The notes: generated from the letters alone by a model not told the origin. A DNA stretch of 32,000 nucleotides from Nostoc punctiforme PCC 73102 (GCF_000020025.1 NC_010628.1:4020001-4052000), one strand, 5' to 3'; counted from the first letter of the stretch, positions 1-10,844 are shown. Program-made: numbers and translations.

Positions 1-1105
1 ACTTGTACGAGGAAAATTCAAACAGTTGCAGATGCAAAACCACGAAGTTAAGTTACTGCAAATAAAGCGCAGAGATGGAGAGATTAAAACAATTCAAGAA
101 CAACGAGAAACTCTCGATCAAAGGCTGCAAATGATGCAGAATTTGACTCCACTTTTAAAAGATAAAGGTTTGATATCAATACAGGTAGAGCGGCAAAATC
201 AAACACAACGTTTGCAAACGCTTCAAGGGCTAATTCCTACATATAAAATGCGATTAAAAAATCGTCAAATGTTGTTTGAAGAAGGCGCAATACCTGACGA
301 TACATTACTACAATCACGGCAAGAATACTTAGATAACATGGCTAGCATCGAAGAGGTAAAATCTCAGTTAAAGCAACTCGATGTCAAAGAAGCAGAAGCT
401 CTACAACAATATTTATCCAACTTGAATGAAATTAAAAATATCAAAGCTCAACTACAATCGCTCAAGAGTCAAAAAACAAGTTCAGATCAACAAAACCTAG
501 AATCTTCAACGTCAAGAAAAAAAGAAATTCAAGATGTTCAGCGAGATATTACCCGCCTTGAACAACAAATAAATACTAATAGTCAGATTGTCAGTCAACA
601 TTCGGGCCGGATTCTCGAAGTTACTATTAATCCAGGTCAAGTTATTCAGGAAGGAACTCGCATTGCCAATATTAATACAGAAAATCGACCGGAAAAGCTA
701 GTGGGTGTCACTTATTTTCCTGTTGGAGATGGCAAAAAAATTCAATCGGGGATGAAGATTCAAATCACGCCCCAAACTGTTAAGCGAGAACGTTTTGGTG
801 GTATTGTCGGAACAGTTACAGATGTCTCTCCGTTTCCCATCACTACTGAGGCGGCTGCAAATGTGGTAGGCAATCCGCAAATAATTGCGGGGCTAGTCTC
901 TGAAAAGCAACCGGTTGTGATCCAAGTATCTGCAAATCTAGAGCCGGACTCTCAAACTTTTAGTCATTATAAATGGTCTTCATCTCAAGGGCCCAATATG
1001 ACTATTTCTGCGGGAACTACGACATCTGTTCGAGTCAAGGTGGAAGAAAGAGCGCCAATTACGTTTATCTTTCCAATTTTGAGGTCTGTCAGTGGTATCT
1101 ACTAA
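1..1105 (+). CDS. HlyD-family periplasmic adaptor of an NHLP/NHLM-type bacteriocin export system; 5' end lies off-window
   Basis: The frame is open from the window edge, with no stop upstream of the Met at 26. A long Q/L/K/E-rich coiled-coil segment is followed by a beta-rich C-terminus, as in HlyD adaptors. The stop overlaps the GTG start of the downstream C39-ABC exporter by 14 nt. Confidence 0.8.
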   Translation, partial: LVRGKFKQLQMQNHEVKLLQIKRRDGEIKTIQEQRETLDQRLQMMQNLTPLLKDKGLISIQVERQNQTQRLQTLQGLIPTYKMRLKNRQMLFEEGAIPDDTLLQSRQEYLDNMASIEEVKSQLKQLDVKEAEALQQYLSNLNEIKNIKAQLQSLKSQKTSSDQQNLESSTSRKKEIQDVQRDITRLEQQINTNSQIVSQHSGRILEVTINPGQVIQEGTRIANINTENRPEKLVGVTYFPVGDGKKIQSGMKIQITPQTVKRERFGGIVGTVTDVSPFPITTEAAANVVGNPQIIAGLVSEKQPVVIQVSANLEPDSQTFSHYKWSSSQGPNMTISAGTTTSVRVKVEERAPITFIFPILRSVSGIY

Positions 1106-3356
1106 TCCTACACTCACAACACCAATTAATCTTGGGCTGTACTTGCAACGACTGCTGTCGAAAGGCCGCAAGCGAGTTAAAACTCCGACACTTTTGCAAA
1201 TGGAGGCTGTTGAGTGCGGTGCCGCAGCATTAGGAATTATTCTCAGTCACTATGGTCGGATTGTTCCTTTACCTGAGTTGCGTCAAGAATGCGGAGTTTC
1301 CCGCGATGGTAGTAAAGCTTCTAATGTACTCAAAGCAGCAAGAAATTATGGACTTGAAGCCAAGGGTTTAAAACAAGACCTGGGACAATTACAAGAGCTA
1401 AATCTTCCTTATATTGTGTTTTGGCAATTTAACCACTTTTTGGTGTTGGAAGGATTTAGTGGACAGCGAGTTTATCTCAACGACCCTGCTAGCGGGCCGC
1501 GAACGGTATCTTTAGAAGAGTTTGATGAGGGATATACCGGAGTGGTACTGGTTATGGAACCGGGGGCGGAGTTCGCTAAAGGTGGTCGCAAAGCTAACAC
1601 GCTTTTTTCGTTGCGATCGCGCCTCAAGGGTGCTGTTGGTGCTTTAATTTACTGTACAGTCGCAGGTTTCTTTCTCACCCTGGCGGGATTAGTAGAACCC
1701 GTATTCAGCCAAGTATTTGTCGATGAAATCTTAATTGAGGGAAGACAGGCTTGGTTACGCCCGCTACTTCTGGGCATGGTAATTACCGCAGTTTTTCAAG
1801 GTGGATTAACCCTACTCCGATTACGGTACTTGCGTCGCTTGAAAATTAAGCTATCTGTAGGAATGTCTGGTGGCTTTCTCTGGCATATTCTCCGCTTACC
1901 GATGAGTTTTTACGCTCAAAGATTTGCTGGAGAAATTAGCGATCGCACTCGTCTTAATGACCAAGTTGCAGAGGTTCTCTCAGGACAACTGGCAACTACT
2001 GTGATTGATACAGTAATGGTCATCTTCTACATCCTAGTCATGTTTCAATATGATGAAATACTGACTTCTATCGTAGTTGGATTTGCTGCCATTAATATCT
2101 TGACCTTGCGCTGGATTTCTCGACAACGCATAGATGCAAGTCAGCGATTGATGCAAGAATACGGTAAAGCGGCTGGTGCATCGATTGCCGGACTGCAATA
2201 TATTGAAACTTTGAAGGCATCGGGAGTAGAGTCAGATTTCTTCTCTAAATGGTCTGGTTACTATACTAAAGCAATTAATTCTCAGCAGGAATTGGGAGTC
2301 GCTAACCAAATTTTTTCAGGTTTACCTGTGTTGTTAACTTCCCTTTCATCAGCTTTATTACTGGTTATCGGTGGCTGGCGAGTTATTGAAGGAAATCTCA
2401 GCATTGGAATGCTCATTGCTTTTCAAGCGATCGTTCAGAATTTTCAAGAACCTGTTAACAATTTGGTTGGCTTTGCTGGCACTCTTCAAGAGCTAGAAGG
2501 AAATTTAATCCGTTTGGATGATATATTAAATAACCCAACTGACAATCAAATAGAAAATAGCAATAATTCGTTGTTATCTGTGCAGCAGGATCGAGATATT
2601 GCTCGGCTTCAAGGGTATATCGAATTACGCAACTTGACCTTTGGCTATAGCCGTTTAGACTCTCCCCTGATTGAAAATTTTAATTTATCAGTTCAACCAG
2701 GACAACGGGTTGCTTTAGTCGGTGGGAGTGGTTCTGGCAAGTCAACGATTGCCAAACTTGTTACAGGACTATACGAATCGTGGTCTGGAGAAATTCGCTT
2801 TGATGACCGATTAAGAGAAGAAATTGCACAGGAAATATTAACTAATTCCATCGCCTTAGTGGAGCAAGATATCTTGCTATTTTCGGGAACCGTCAAGGAT
2901 AATTTAACTTTATGGGATACTACAGTTCCCGATAAAAATTTAAGACAAGCTTGCCAAGATGCTGCTATTGAAGATGTAGTGAATTCTCTAGCTGGAGCAT
3001 ATAATTCTGAATTGATAGAAGGAGGTACAAATTTAAGTGGTGGCCAACGGCAACGCCTAGAAATTGCCCGCGCCTTAGCGCAGAATCCTTCTATTCTGGT
3101 TATGGATGAAGCTACCAGCGCGTTGGATTCAGAGGCAGAAAAGATTATCGATCAAAATCTCCGCCGACGGGGTTGTACTTGTCTAATTGTTGCTCATCGC
3201 TTGAGTACTATCCGTGATTGCGATGAAATTATTGTCTTAGAACGCGGCAAGGTTGTGCAAAGAGGTACTCATGAAGAGTTGTGGCAAGTAGAAGGGGTAT
3301 ACTCGCGGCTGATTAGAAGTGAAGGAGAAGCTCTTGAGGAGATAAAAAATGGTTAA
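1092..3356 (+). CDS. Bacteriocin-type ABC exporter with N-terminal C39 peptidase domain (peptidase/permease/ATPase)
   Basis: 754 aa. C39 motifs are present: LQMEAVECGAAALGIILSHYG (catalytic Cys) and NHFLVLEG (His). A multi-TM ABC membrane domain follows, then Walker A GGSGSGKST, signature LSGGQRQR and Walker B ILVMDEATSALD. Confidence 0.9.
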   Translation: MVSTNPTLTTPINLGLYLQRLLSKGRKRVKTPTLLQMEAVECGAAALGIILSHYGRIVPLPELRQECGVSRDGSKASNVLKAARNYGLEAKGLKQDLGQLQELNLPYIVFWQFNHFLVLEGFSGQRVYLNDPASGPRTVSLEEFDEGYTGVVLVMEPGAEFAKGGRKANTLFSLRSRLKGAVGALIYCTVAGFFLTLAGLVEPVFSQVFVDEILIEGRQAWLRPLLLGMVITAVFQGGLTLLRLRYLRRLKIKLSVGMSGGFLWHILRLPMSFYAQRFAGEISDRTRLNDQVAEVLSGQLATTVIDTVMVIFYILVMFQYDEILTSIVVGFAAINILTLRWISRQRIDASQRLMQEYGKAAGASIAGLQYIETLKASGVESDFFSKWSGYYTKAINSQQELGVANQIFSGLPVLLTSLSSALLLVIGGWRVIEGNLSIGMLIAFQAIVQNFQEPVNNLVGFAGTLQELEGNLIRLDDILNNPTDNQIENSNNSLLSVQQDRDIARLQGYIELRNLTFGYSRLDSPLIENFNLSVQPGQRVALVGGSGSGKSTIAKLVTGLYESWSGEIRFDDRLREEIAQEILTNSIALVEQDILLFSGTVKDNLTLWDTTVPDKNLRQACQDAAIEDVVNSLAGAYNSELIEGGTNLSGGQRQRLEIARALAQNPSILVMDEATSALDSEAEKIIDQNLRRRGCTCLIVAHRLSTIRDCDEIIVLERGKVVQRGTHEELWQVEGVYSRLIRSEGEALEEIKNG

Positions 3357-6267
3357 CCAAATTAGCGATCGCCACTTTCAAGGAAAAGTATATCCTCTTA
3401 AAAGCAATGAGCCAATCCTACTCAACGATCCGCAGACTATTTGGATAGTTCACTCTGGCTCTGTAGCTCTGTTTGCCGTAACGGTCAAGAATGGTGTAAT
3501 TGTCGGAACTCGCCGTTATCTTTTCAGCAGCGAATCTGGAGAAGCTCTATTTGGTACTGCTGCTCACCACGACTCAACTGAGAGTCAGATATTGGCAATT
3601 TCAATAGGAAAAGCAGAGTTACTAAAAGTAGAAAGCGAATGTTTTCGGGAATTAGTCGCTAATGCAGATATGAATGTTGTGGCATTAGTGGAAGGATGGT
3701 TGCATAAGTTCAACGCCACACTCTTGTCAGCCGTTGTCCCTCCCATTCAAATAAGAGCATCTGGACAAGAACGATTTTCGCTAATTGCTGGTCAAACTCT
3801 GCAACCAAAATCAAATACAGTCCTTTGGGTACAAGTTCAAGAAGGAGTTTTATACTCGCTAGGAATCAAAGAACTTACCCTAGTATCACAAACAGGAATA
3901 GTGCCACTGACTCATGCTATATGGATAGAGGCAGATGATGCGGCTCAAATTGCTACAGAAATCACTAGTTCCCTACGAGATACAAATACTTTACTTTCTG
4001 GACTATCTGTGCATAGTCAGCAATTCCTATTTTGGAATCAGCTGAGGGAACAGCAAGAACGCACCGAAGAACTACAGCGACTAAAAGCACGGGAAAACCT
4101 CAATCAGCAGGTGACGACAGAAGCTTTGGGAGAGCTAGCATCGCCACTGATGCCTCCAAAAGCTGACTTTTTTCAGAAAGGTGTACCACTATTAGTAGCT
4201 GCTGGTGCCGTTGGGAAAACTTTGGGGATGAAAATTTCTGCTCCTGGTAAGTCAGAAGACCTCGAACGACTCGAAAATCCTTTGGAGGCGATCGCACGAG
4301 CTTCACACTTACGGTTGCGGCAAGTTTTACTCCGGGATAAATGGTGGCAGCAAGATTGCGGCCCTTTGGTAGCATTTCTTCAGAAAGATGAAGAAACTCA
4401 TCCAGTGGCGTTGCTCCCTATTTCTGCCAATCGCTACGAACTCTACAATCCAATTACCCAAACCCGCAACCCTGTTGATGCTGATATTGCCGCTAGGGTA
4501 GTTCCAGTTGCATATATGTTTTATCGGTCTTTTCCGGATAAAGCTCTTTCTGTTTTTGATGTAATTAAATTCGCCCTCGCCGGTCGCAGTAAAGACTTAT
4601 TGATTATTCTTTTCGCCGGTGTTGTCGTTACTTTATTGGGAATGCTTGTACCGCAAGCTACAGCGATTTTAATTGATAATGCAATTCCTGATAGCGATCG
4701 CAATTCCTTAATGCAAGTTGGTTTAGGATTACTGGTTGCGGCTTTTGCAACAGCCCTATTTCGTTTGGTTCAAGGATTTTCTCTGCTGCGCTTAGAAACG
4801 ACATCTGATGCGTCTACCCAGGCAGCGATGTGGGATAGGTTGTTAAATTTACCTGTCTCCTTTTTTCGCCAGTACACTACAGGGGATCTTCTATCTCGCA
4901 CCAACTCTGTGAGCCAAATACGTCGTCAGCTAGGCGGTACGATTTTAATCCAGCTGATTACCAGTCTCTTTGCTTTCCTCAATTTAGGACTTTTATTTTA
5001 CTATAGCCCTGAACTATCTCTAATTGCTGTTGCGATCGCAATAGTAACTATTGCTGTCACTACTATTTCGGGAATGATTCTGGTTCGTAAAGTTCATCCC
5101 CTCTTAGAAATCGAAGGAAATATCTTTGGGCAAGTTGTAGAGTTAATCAACGGTATATCTAAACTCCGAGTTGCTGGGGCCCAAAAGCGCGGCTTTGCCT
5201 TTTGGAGTAAAAATTACAGTCGGCAAATAAAACTCGAACTTAGCACTCAACAAGTTGAAGACATTGTGGCTGTGTTCAACACGGTGATGCCAACACTTAC
5301 ATCTGGAATACTTTTTTGGTTTACAGTCCAGCTACTAATGAAAGCTGAAATGACTGGCACAGCTGGATTAACTATTGGGACTTTTCTGGCATTCAATAGT
5401 GCTTTTGGTACTTTTGTCGGCGGGGCGACAGGGATGAGTAACACGGTAACTGATATTTTACAAGTTATCCCACAATGGAAACGCGCCCAGCCAATTGTGG
5501 AGATGTTGCCGGAAGTAGAACATAACAAAGCAGATCCGGGTAAACTTATGGGGAGAATCGCTGTAGACCGTGTTTGTTTCCGCTACCGAAAAGATGGCGC
5601 TTTAATTTTAGAAGACATTAATATTTATGCTGAACCAGGAGAATTTATTGCACTAGTGGGAGGTTCTGGCAGTGGTAAATCTACCCTGTTGCGATTGCTA
5701 CTAAGTTTTGAAACACCTGAAGACGGCAGCATTTATTATGATGGACAAGATTTATTGGGGCTAGATGTTAGTGCTGTGCGCCGACAGTTAGGCGTAGTTT
5801 TGCAGAATGGCAAAATTATGTCTAGTTCGATTTTTGATAACCTGGCTGGTGGTGCTAGGATTACCTTGGATGAAGCTTGGGAAGCAGCTAGAATGGCTGG
5901 GTTTGCTGATGATATCGATGCGATGCCGATGGGAATGCATACGGTTATCAGTGAGGGAGGAGGTAATCTTTCTGGTGGACAACGACAGCGATTGCTCATT
6001 GCCAAAGCTTTAGTGTTGAAACCTCGGATTTTGCTGTTTGACGAGGCAACCAGTGCTTTAGATAATAGAACCCAAGCAATTGTGAGCGAAAGTTTAGATA
6101 AACTGCAAGTTACTCGCATTGTTATCGCCCATCGACTGAGTACAATTCGCAATGCTCATCGCATCTATGTATTGCAAGCAGGTAAGGTTGTACAACAAGG
6201 GAGTTTTGACGAGCTAGCTTTTATAGAAGGGCTATTTGCTCAGTTGATGCAAAGACAGATGGCTTAG
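3349..6267 (+). CDS. Second ABC exporter of the cassette (permease/ATPase) with a cyclic-nucleotide-binding-like N-terminal domain and no peptidase domain
   Basis: 972 aa. The ATG overlaps the upstream stop (ATGGTTAA). The N-terminal ~130 aa is beta-rich and lacks a C39 Cys motif. A TM domain follows, then Walker A GGSGSGKST, LSGGQRQR and LLFDEATSALD. The paired-exporter layout matches what I recall for the NHLM bacteriocin system TIGRFAM families. Confidence 0.85.
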   Translation: MVNQISDRHFQGKVYPLKSNEPILLNDPQTIWIVHSGSVALFAVTVKNGVIVGTRRYLFSSESGEALFGTAAHHDSTESQILAISIGKAELLKVESECFRELVANADMNVVALVEGWLHKFNATLLSAVVPPIQIRASGQERFSLIAGQTLQPKSNTVLWVQVQEGVLYSLGIKELTLVSQTGIVPLTHAIWIEADDAAQIATEITSSLRDTNTLLSGLSVHSQQFLFWNQLREQQERTEELQRLKARENLNQQVTTEALGELASPLMPPKADFFQKGVPLLVAAGAVGKTLGMKISAPGKSEDLERLENPLEAIARASHLRLRQVLLRDKWWQQDCGPLVAFLQKDEETHPVALLPISANRYELYNPITQTRNPVDADIAARVVPVAYMFYRSFPDKALSVFDVIKFALAGRSKDLLIILFAGVVVTLLGMLVPQATAILIDNAIPDSDRNSLMQVGLGLLVAAFATALFRLVQGFSLLRLETTSDASTQAAMWDRLLNLPVSFFRQYTTGDLLSRTNSVSQIRRQLGGTILIQLITSLFAFLNLGLLFYYSPELSLIAVAIAIVTIAVTTISGMILVRKVHPLLEIEGNIFGQVVELINGISKLRVAGAQKRGFAFWSKNYSRQIKLELSTQQVEDIVAVFNTVMPTLTSGILFWFTVQLLMKAEMTGTAGLTIGTFLAFNSAFGTFVGGATGMSNTVTDILQVIPQWKRAQPIVEMLPEVEHNKADPGKLMGRIAVDRVCFRYRKDGALILEDINIYAEPGEFIALVGGSGSGKSTLLRLLLSFETPEDGSIYYDGQDLLGLDVSAVRRQLGVVLQNGKIMSSSIFDNLAGGARITLDEAWEAARMAGFADDIDAMPMGMHTVISEGGGNLSGGQRQRLLIAKALVLKPRILLFDEATSALDNRTQAIVSESLDKLQVTRIVIAHRLSTIRNAHRIYVLQAGKVVQQGSFDELAFIEGLFAQLMQRQMA

Positions 6268-6406
6268 ACATCCCAATCACATAAGTTAAAAGCGTGAGTA
6301 ATTCGTGACTGATAGTAGCGAGAAATTCACTTCTAATCGGATCTATTAAACCAGACATCACCTGCTTGAACAGTTTTTGCAGGGTAATAGGCATAAGCGG
6401 TGTCAG
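6266..6406 (-). pseudogene. Possible histidine-kinase fragment (DHp/H-box-like remnant)
   Basis: The minus-strand translation reads RSEFLATISHELLTLLTYVIGMS. This resembles the canonical H-box (EFLAxxSHELRTPLxxIxGxS) with RTPL degraded. The rest of a kinase cannot exist here, because the frame runs into the ABC gene on one side and the IS4 region on the other. Confidence 0.3.
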
Positions 6407-6461
6407 GGTTCTTTGACTCCAATACTTCTCGGTTAAGAACAAAAGCAAGGTAAAGTGATAA

Positions 6462-7913
6462 TTGTTCACCAAGAAGTGCGATAAAAAACTGGTGCTGCTA
6501 AAAGATTTCTCTTTGATAACGCCAACGTTAGAAGCAGAGTTAATATTCAAAGCGATAGAAACAGTGATTTCTCCGTCCGTGATTAGACAAACTCTATTAG
6601 AGACAGGCAGTTGTGAAGAGCGATCACGAAAATTACCATCTGGGTTAGTAGTGTGTCAGATCATAGCGATGAATCTATGGTCATCAGATGCAATGGGGGA
6701 TGTACTGAAAAATCTGGTGAATGGATTAAGTAGAGAATGGACGCGATTAGGGCAATATTGGAAAGTACCAAGTAGTTCTTCGATCAGTGAAGCAAGACAG
6801 AGGTTGGGATGTTGGACAATGAGTCGGTTGTTTCACAAGATAGTCAAACCATTAGCAACAACAAAAACTCCAGGGGCATTTTTAGGAGGACTAAGAGTAA
6901 TGGCAGTAGACGGTACGGTATTGGATGTACCAGATAGTGCTGCTAATGCCAGAGTGTTTGGATATCCAGGCAGTAGAAAGGGGACTAGGGCTGCTTTTCC
7001 AAAAATACGTTTAGTATTACTAATTGAGGCGGGAATGCATCTAATTGTTGATGCCTTGATGTGTCCTTACCGCATAGGAGAAAGAGTACGAGCTTTAAAA
7101 TTACTATGAGCTTGTAGTCAAGGGATGCTGCTGATGTGGGACAGAGGGTTACATTCTTACCGTATGGTTCATGCCACTTTAAAGTGCGGATGCCACTATT
7201 TAGGGCGAGTGCCAAAGAACGTCAAATTTCCCGTAGATAAAGTTTTAGACGATGGCTCATATCTCTCCTGGATTGCTCCAGATCGTAAATCCAAGCACAA
7301 AGGTGGAACAAGGATTCAAGTACGAGTTATAGAATATACTATTGACTCTGAAAATGGACAACAAACTTATCGTCTAATTCCCAGTTTGATGGATATTGCT
7401 CTATTTCCGGCTTTGTTGTTGGCTACAGAATATCATCAGCGTTGGGAAATCGAAAATACTATTGATGAGTTAAAAACCCATCTTAATGGACGTAAAACTC
7501 CCATTCGTTCTCTCAAACCCCGCGAAGTTGTTCAAGAAATCTACGGCTGGCTTTTAAGCCATTATGCAGTTCGTACTTTAATGTTTCAAGCCGCCACTGC
7601 TGCTTCCATATCTCCATTACGTCTAGGTTTTACTGGTACTCTCAAAGTTATCCGTCGAGCTATTGCTGATTTCCAAGATGCTAATAGTGAGCAACTACCT
7701 TTTTTTCTCCAAGCTAATTCTGGAGATTTTGGAGCAAAAAATCCCTACCGACGTTACATCGCAGCCTTAACCCAACAGAGAGATTTCAATTTATTAATAT
7801 TACAAAATCGTTTAGACCACCGATTCACTAATGGGTGCATCCCAGTTTTTATTATTCCAAAACAAATAAATAACAGGGAAGGATTGTTACAGAAAACGGA
7901 AGTCAGGAAGTAA
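6462..7913 (+). pseudogene. IS4-family DDE transposase interrupted by an in-frame TGA; IS ends not resolved
   Basis: ORFs 6462-7109 and 7125-7913 are in the same frame, separated by a single TGA at 7107-7109. An IS4 N-terminal-type region is present. Candidate DDE residues lie in VDGTVLDVPDS and LLMWDRG, and there is a Y-x2-R-x3-E-x6-K motif (YHQRWEIENTIDELK). The last ~60 codons look degenerate and read into the nested IS. Confidence 0.85.
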
Positions 7914-9050
7914 GGGGATATCAGGAAGGGATAATAAAGTCATCAAGACTAGGTGTATCAATGACTCCTGAAGAAGAACAACAGATAAAAGAATATTCTC
8001 GTGCAATAGCAAAGATACTGTACAAAAGTACTACGGGTGAGCAACTCACAAGTTTGGCAAAAATAGAAGAAGTAGTACGCTCTCAAATGCGGAAGCATGT
8101 AATGCCAGAAGTAGGGTTTTTTTATCGAAAATGCCACAGGAGAAAGCAGAGGATACAAACGAAAAATAAAAAGTATTATTGGAGAACTGCCAATTACAAA
8201 CTCTCAAGCACAAAAGCTAGAAATTAGACCCCATAATCAATTGAGTCCATATTTAGAAGCTTGTTGCTTACGAATCAGCGCGTCGGTATCGTATCAACGT
8301 GCGGCAGAAGATATTGAATATTTAACTGGTGTAGAAGTATCAAAAAGTGTGCAGCAACGATTAGTGCATCGTCAAAATTTTGAATTACCGCAAGTAGAAT
8401 CAACTGTGAAAGAATTGAGTGTGGATGGAGGAAATATACGCATTCGTACAATCAAGGGACAAGTCTGTGATTGGAAGGGTTATAAAGCTACCTGCTTACA
8501 TGAAAAACAAGCTATTGCTGCCTCATTTCAAGAAAATAGTCTTGTAATTGATTGGGTCAAAAGCCAATCAATTGCTCCTATCTTGACCTGTCTTGGCGAT
8601 GGCCATGACGGTATTTGGAATATTGTCCGCGATTTTGCTCCCGAACACCAGCGTCGGGAAGTACTTGATTGGTTTCATCTGATGGAAAACCTACACAAGA
8701 TTGGCGGTTCTAATCAACGGCTCAATCAGGCTAAAATCCTTCTCTGGCAAGGAAAAGTTGATGATGCTATCGCTGTCTTTGCTGACTGTCAGCTAAAACA
8801 AGCTTTTAATTTCTGTACTTATCTTGAGAAACATCGACACCGGATTGTCAATTACCAATATTATCAAGCAGAACAAATCTGTTCCATTGGTTCTGGTACT
8901 ATTGAGTCTACTGTCAAACAGATTGACCGTCGAACCAAAATTTCTGGCGCACAATGGAAATCTGATAACGTTCCTCAAGTCTTAGCTCAACGCCAGAGCT
9001 TATCTTAATGGATTAATCTTTGCTCACTAAATAAAAACTGGGATGCTCCC
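7833..9050 (+). mobile_element. ISKra4-like insertion sequence (1218 bp) nested at the 3' end of the IS4 element
   Basis: Terminal inverted repeats are GGGTGCATCCCAGTTTTTATT (7833-7853) and AATAAAAACTGGGATGCTCCC (9030-9050), matching 20/21. They are flanked by a perfect 9-bp direct repeat, TTCACTAAT, at 7824-7832 and 9051-9059. The element carries a single transposase gene. Confidence 0.8.
7961..9008 (+). pseudogene. ISKra4-family-like transposase, split by a +1 frameshift in a T7 run
   Basis: ORFs 7961-8227 and 8241-9008 join into one ~349-aa reading frame if one T of the T7 tract (8117-8123) is skipped: ...HVMPEVGFF / IENATGESRGYKRKIKSIIGELPITNSQAQKLEI.... Candidate DDE residues are DGGNIRIRT, LGDGHDGIWN and FHLMEN. 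The N-terminus MTPEEEQQIKEY... is typical of cyanobacterial proteins I recall being annotated ISKra4. Confidence 0.7.
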
Positions 9051-9094
9051 TTCACTAATCCCCTTGTCGGTCTAAAAGCTTTATTCATCAGCTA

Positions 9095-9385
9095 TTATTC
9101 AGACCTTGTATTCCTTTCTATACGACTTAAAAGGTCAATGATTGCTATTAAAGCTGCTGTCAGAATATATATAATAATACAGGGAATATTTAAATAAATT
9201 AAAGGCAAGAGAATAAATATATTACCTCCGCCAAAACTTAAAGCTCGACCAAATATTGAAAATATTATAAGAAAAGAAATGGCTACAATAAAAAAGCCGA
9301 CAACCTGAAGAATCTTGAGTGTAGTAACTAATCTAGTGTACAGTCTATTGTCGTTATATCTATTGGATAATTGATTATTGCTCAT
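9095..9385 (-). CDS. Hypothetical small membrane protein (2-3 predicted TM helices)
   Basis: 96-aa ORF with an ATG start and long hydrophobic stretches (VVGFFIVAISFLIIFSIF, ILLPLIYLNIPCIIIYILTAALIAII). It lies in AT-rich DNA, has no recognisable SD and belongs to no recognisable family. Confidence 0.35.
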   Translation of the reverse strand: MSNNQLSNRYNDNRLYTRLVTTLKILQVVGFFIVAISFLIIFSIFGRALSFGGGNIFILLPLIYLNIPCIIIYILTAALIAIIDLLSRIERNTRSE

Positions 9386-9609
9386 AAGTACACCATTTTT
9401 AATAAATTACTTTGTCCATTAAAACTTCTTTCATAATAAGCAGAAGAGTGTTTTTTTAAGACTCTTATATGATTAGAGCTATCACTTTTATAGCTGATAA
9501 ATCGAATTTCATTAAGCTCCGGCAGCCTCCTTTTCAAATCCATATATCCCAATACTGATACCAAGCATAGCAATTCAAAACGGTGGTCAGATTTAGTGAT
9601 AGCTGACAA
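9382..9609 (-). CDS. Hypothetical 75-aa ORF, 4-nt overlap (ATGA) with the downstream membrane ORF
   Basis: The only support is the ORF itself plus the coupling-type overlap. It has a TTG start and no recognisable motifs, so it may be non-coding. Confidence 0.2.
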   Translation of the reverse strand: MSAITKSDHRFELLCLVSVLGYMDLKRRLPELNEIRFISYKSDSSNHIRVLKKHSSAYYERSFNGQSNLLKMVYL

Positions 9610-9798
9610 ATGCTTAAAAAATCAAAGCTTCATTTTGACCCGACTCCTGCTCAAAACTCGATTTTTCGTCATGATTCCGATTACTGAATCGTTGTTCTAG
9701 TGTCCGCAGTTGATTACAGCTACTTAGCTAAAAGTTTTCAATAACTACAGGCTCGACTGGTTGAGCAATTTCAAATTTATTGGACTTTACTTAAAGTT

Positions 9799-9999
9799 AT
9801 TGCTCACAAAGCTGTAAGCGATGCCTGCGGCGGTAAACTACGCCCTGGCAGAAGTGAACCACGAGTCTGTAAACGTCGCCCGAAAGCTTACCCTTTAATG
9901 ACCAAACCTCGGCGTGAATTACAAAATATGAAAGCAAACTGCTTAACCCATAAGTGTTTCGGCTTTTCAAGCGTGCCATTCGGTTCTATATTGCAATGA
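9799..9999 (+). pseudogene. Orphan C-terminal tail fragment of a DDE (IS4-like) transposase
   Basis: The translation ...GRSEPRVCKRRPKAYPLMTKPRRELQN... resembles the basic C-terminal tail of IS4-type transposases. There is no upstream catalytic domain. The fragment also carries a copy of the GC-rich mini-repeat (9818-9844). Confidence 0.3.
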
Positions 10000-10151
10000 T
10001 TCGTATTATGCTTAGACGACTGGCTTGATTATTTACTAGCTTTGACTTTTAAAACATCCTCTCAAACAGAACAACAAATTAAAACACTCGAATACGAGTA
10101 AGCCTAGTCGGGTAAGAATCAAATTTACATTGAATCAAAGGAGCGAAAGTC

Positions 10152-10844
<693 letters not shown>

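Noticed and set aside
698-6152. There are many antisense or alternative-frame ORFs inside the HlyD and ABC genes (for example 698-880, 973-1233, 2693-2896, 4100-4375, 5247-5528, 5736-6152).
   Set aside because: They are fully embedded in strongly supported genes with clear domain motifs. They have no motifs of their own and show biased, low-complexity composition.
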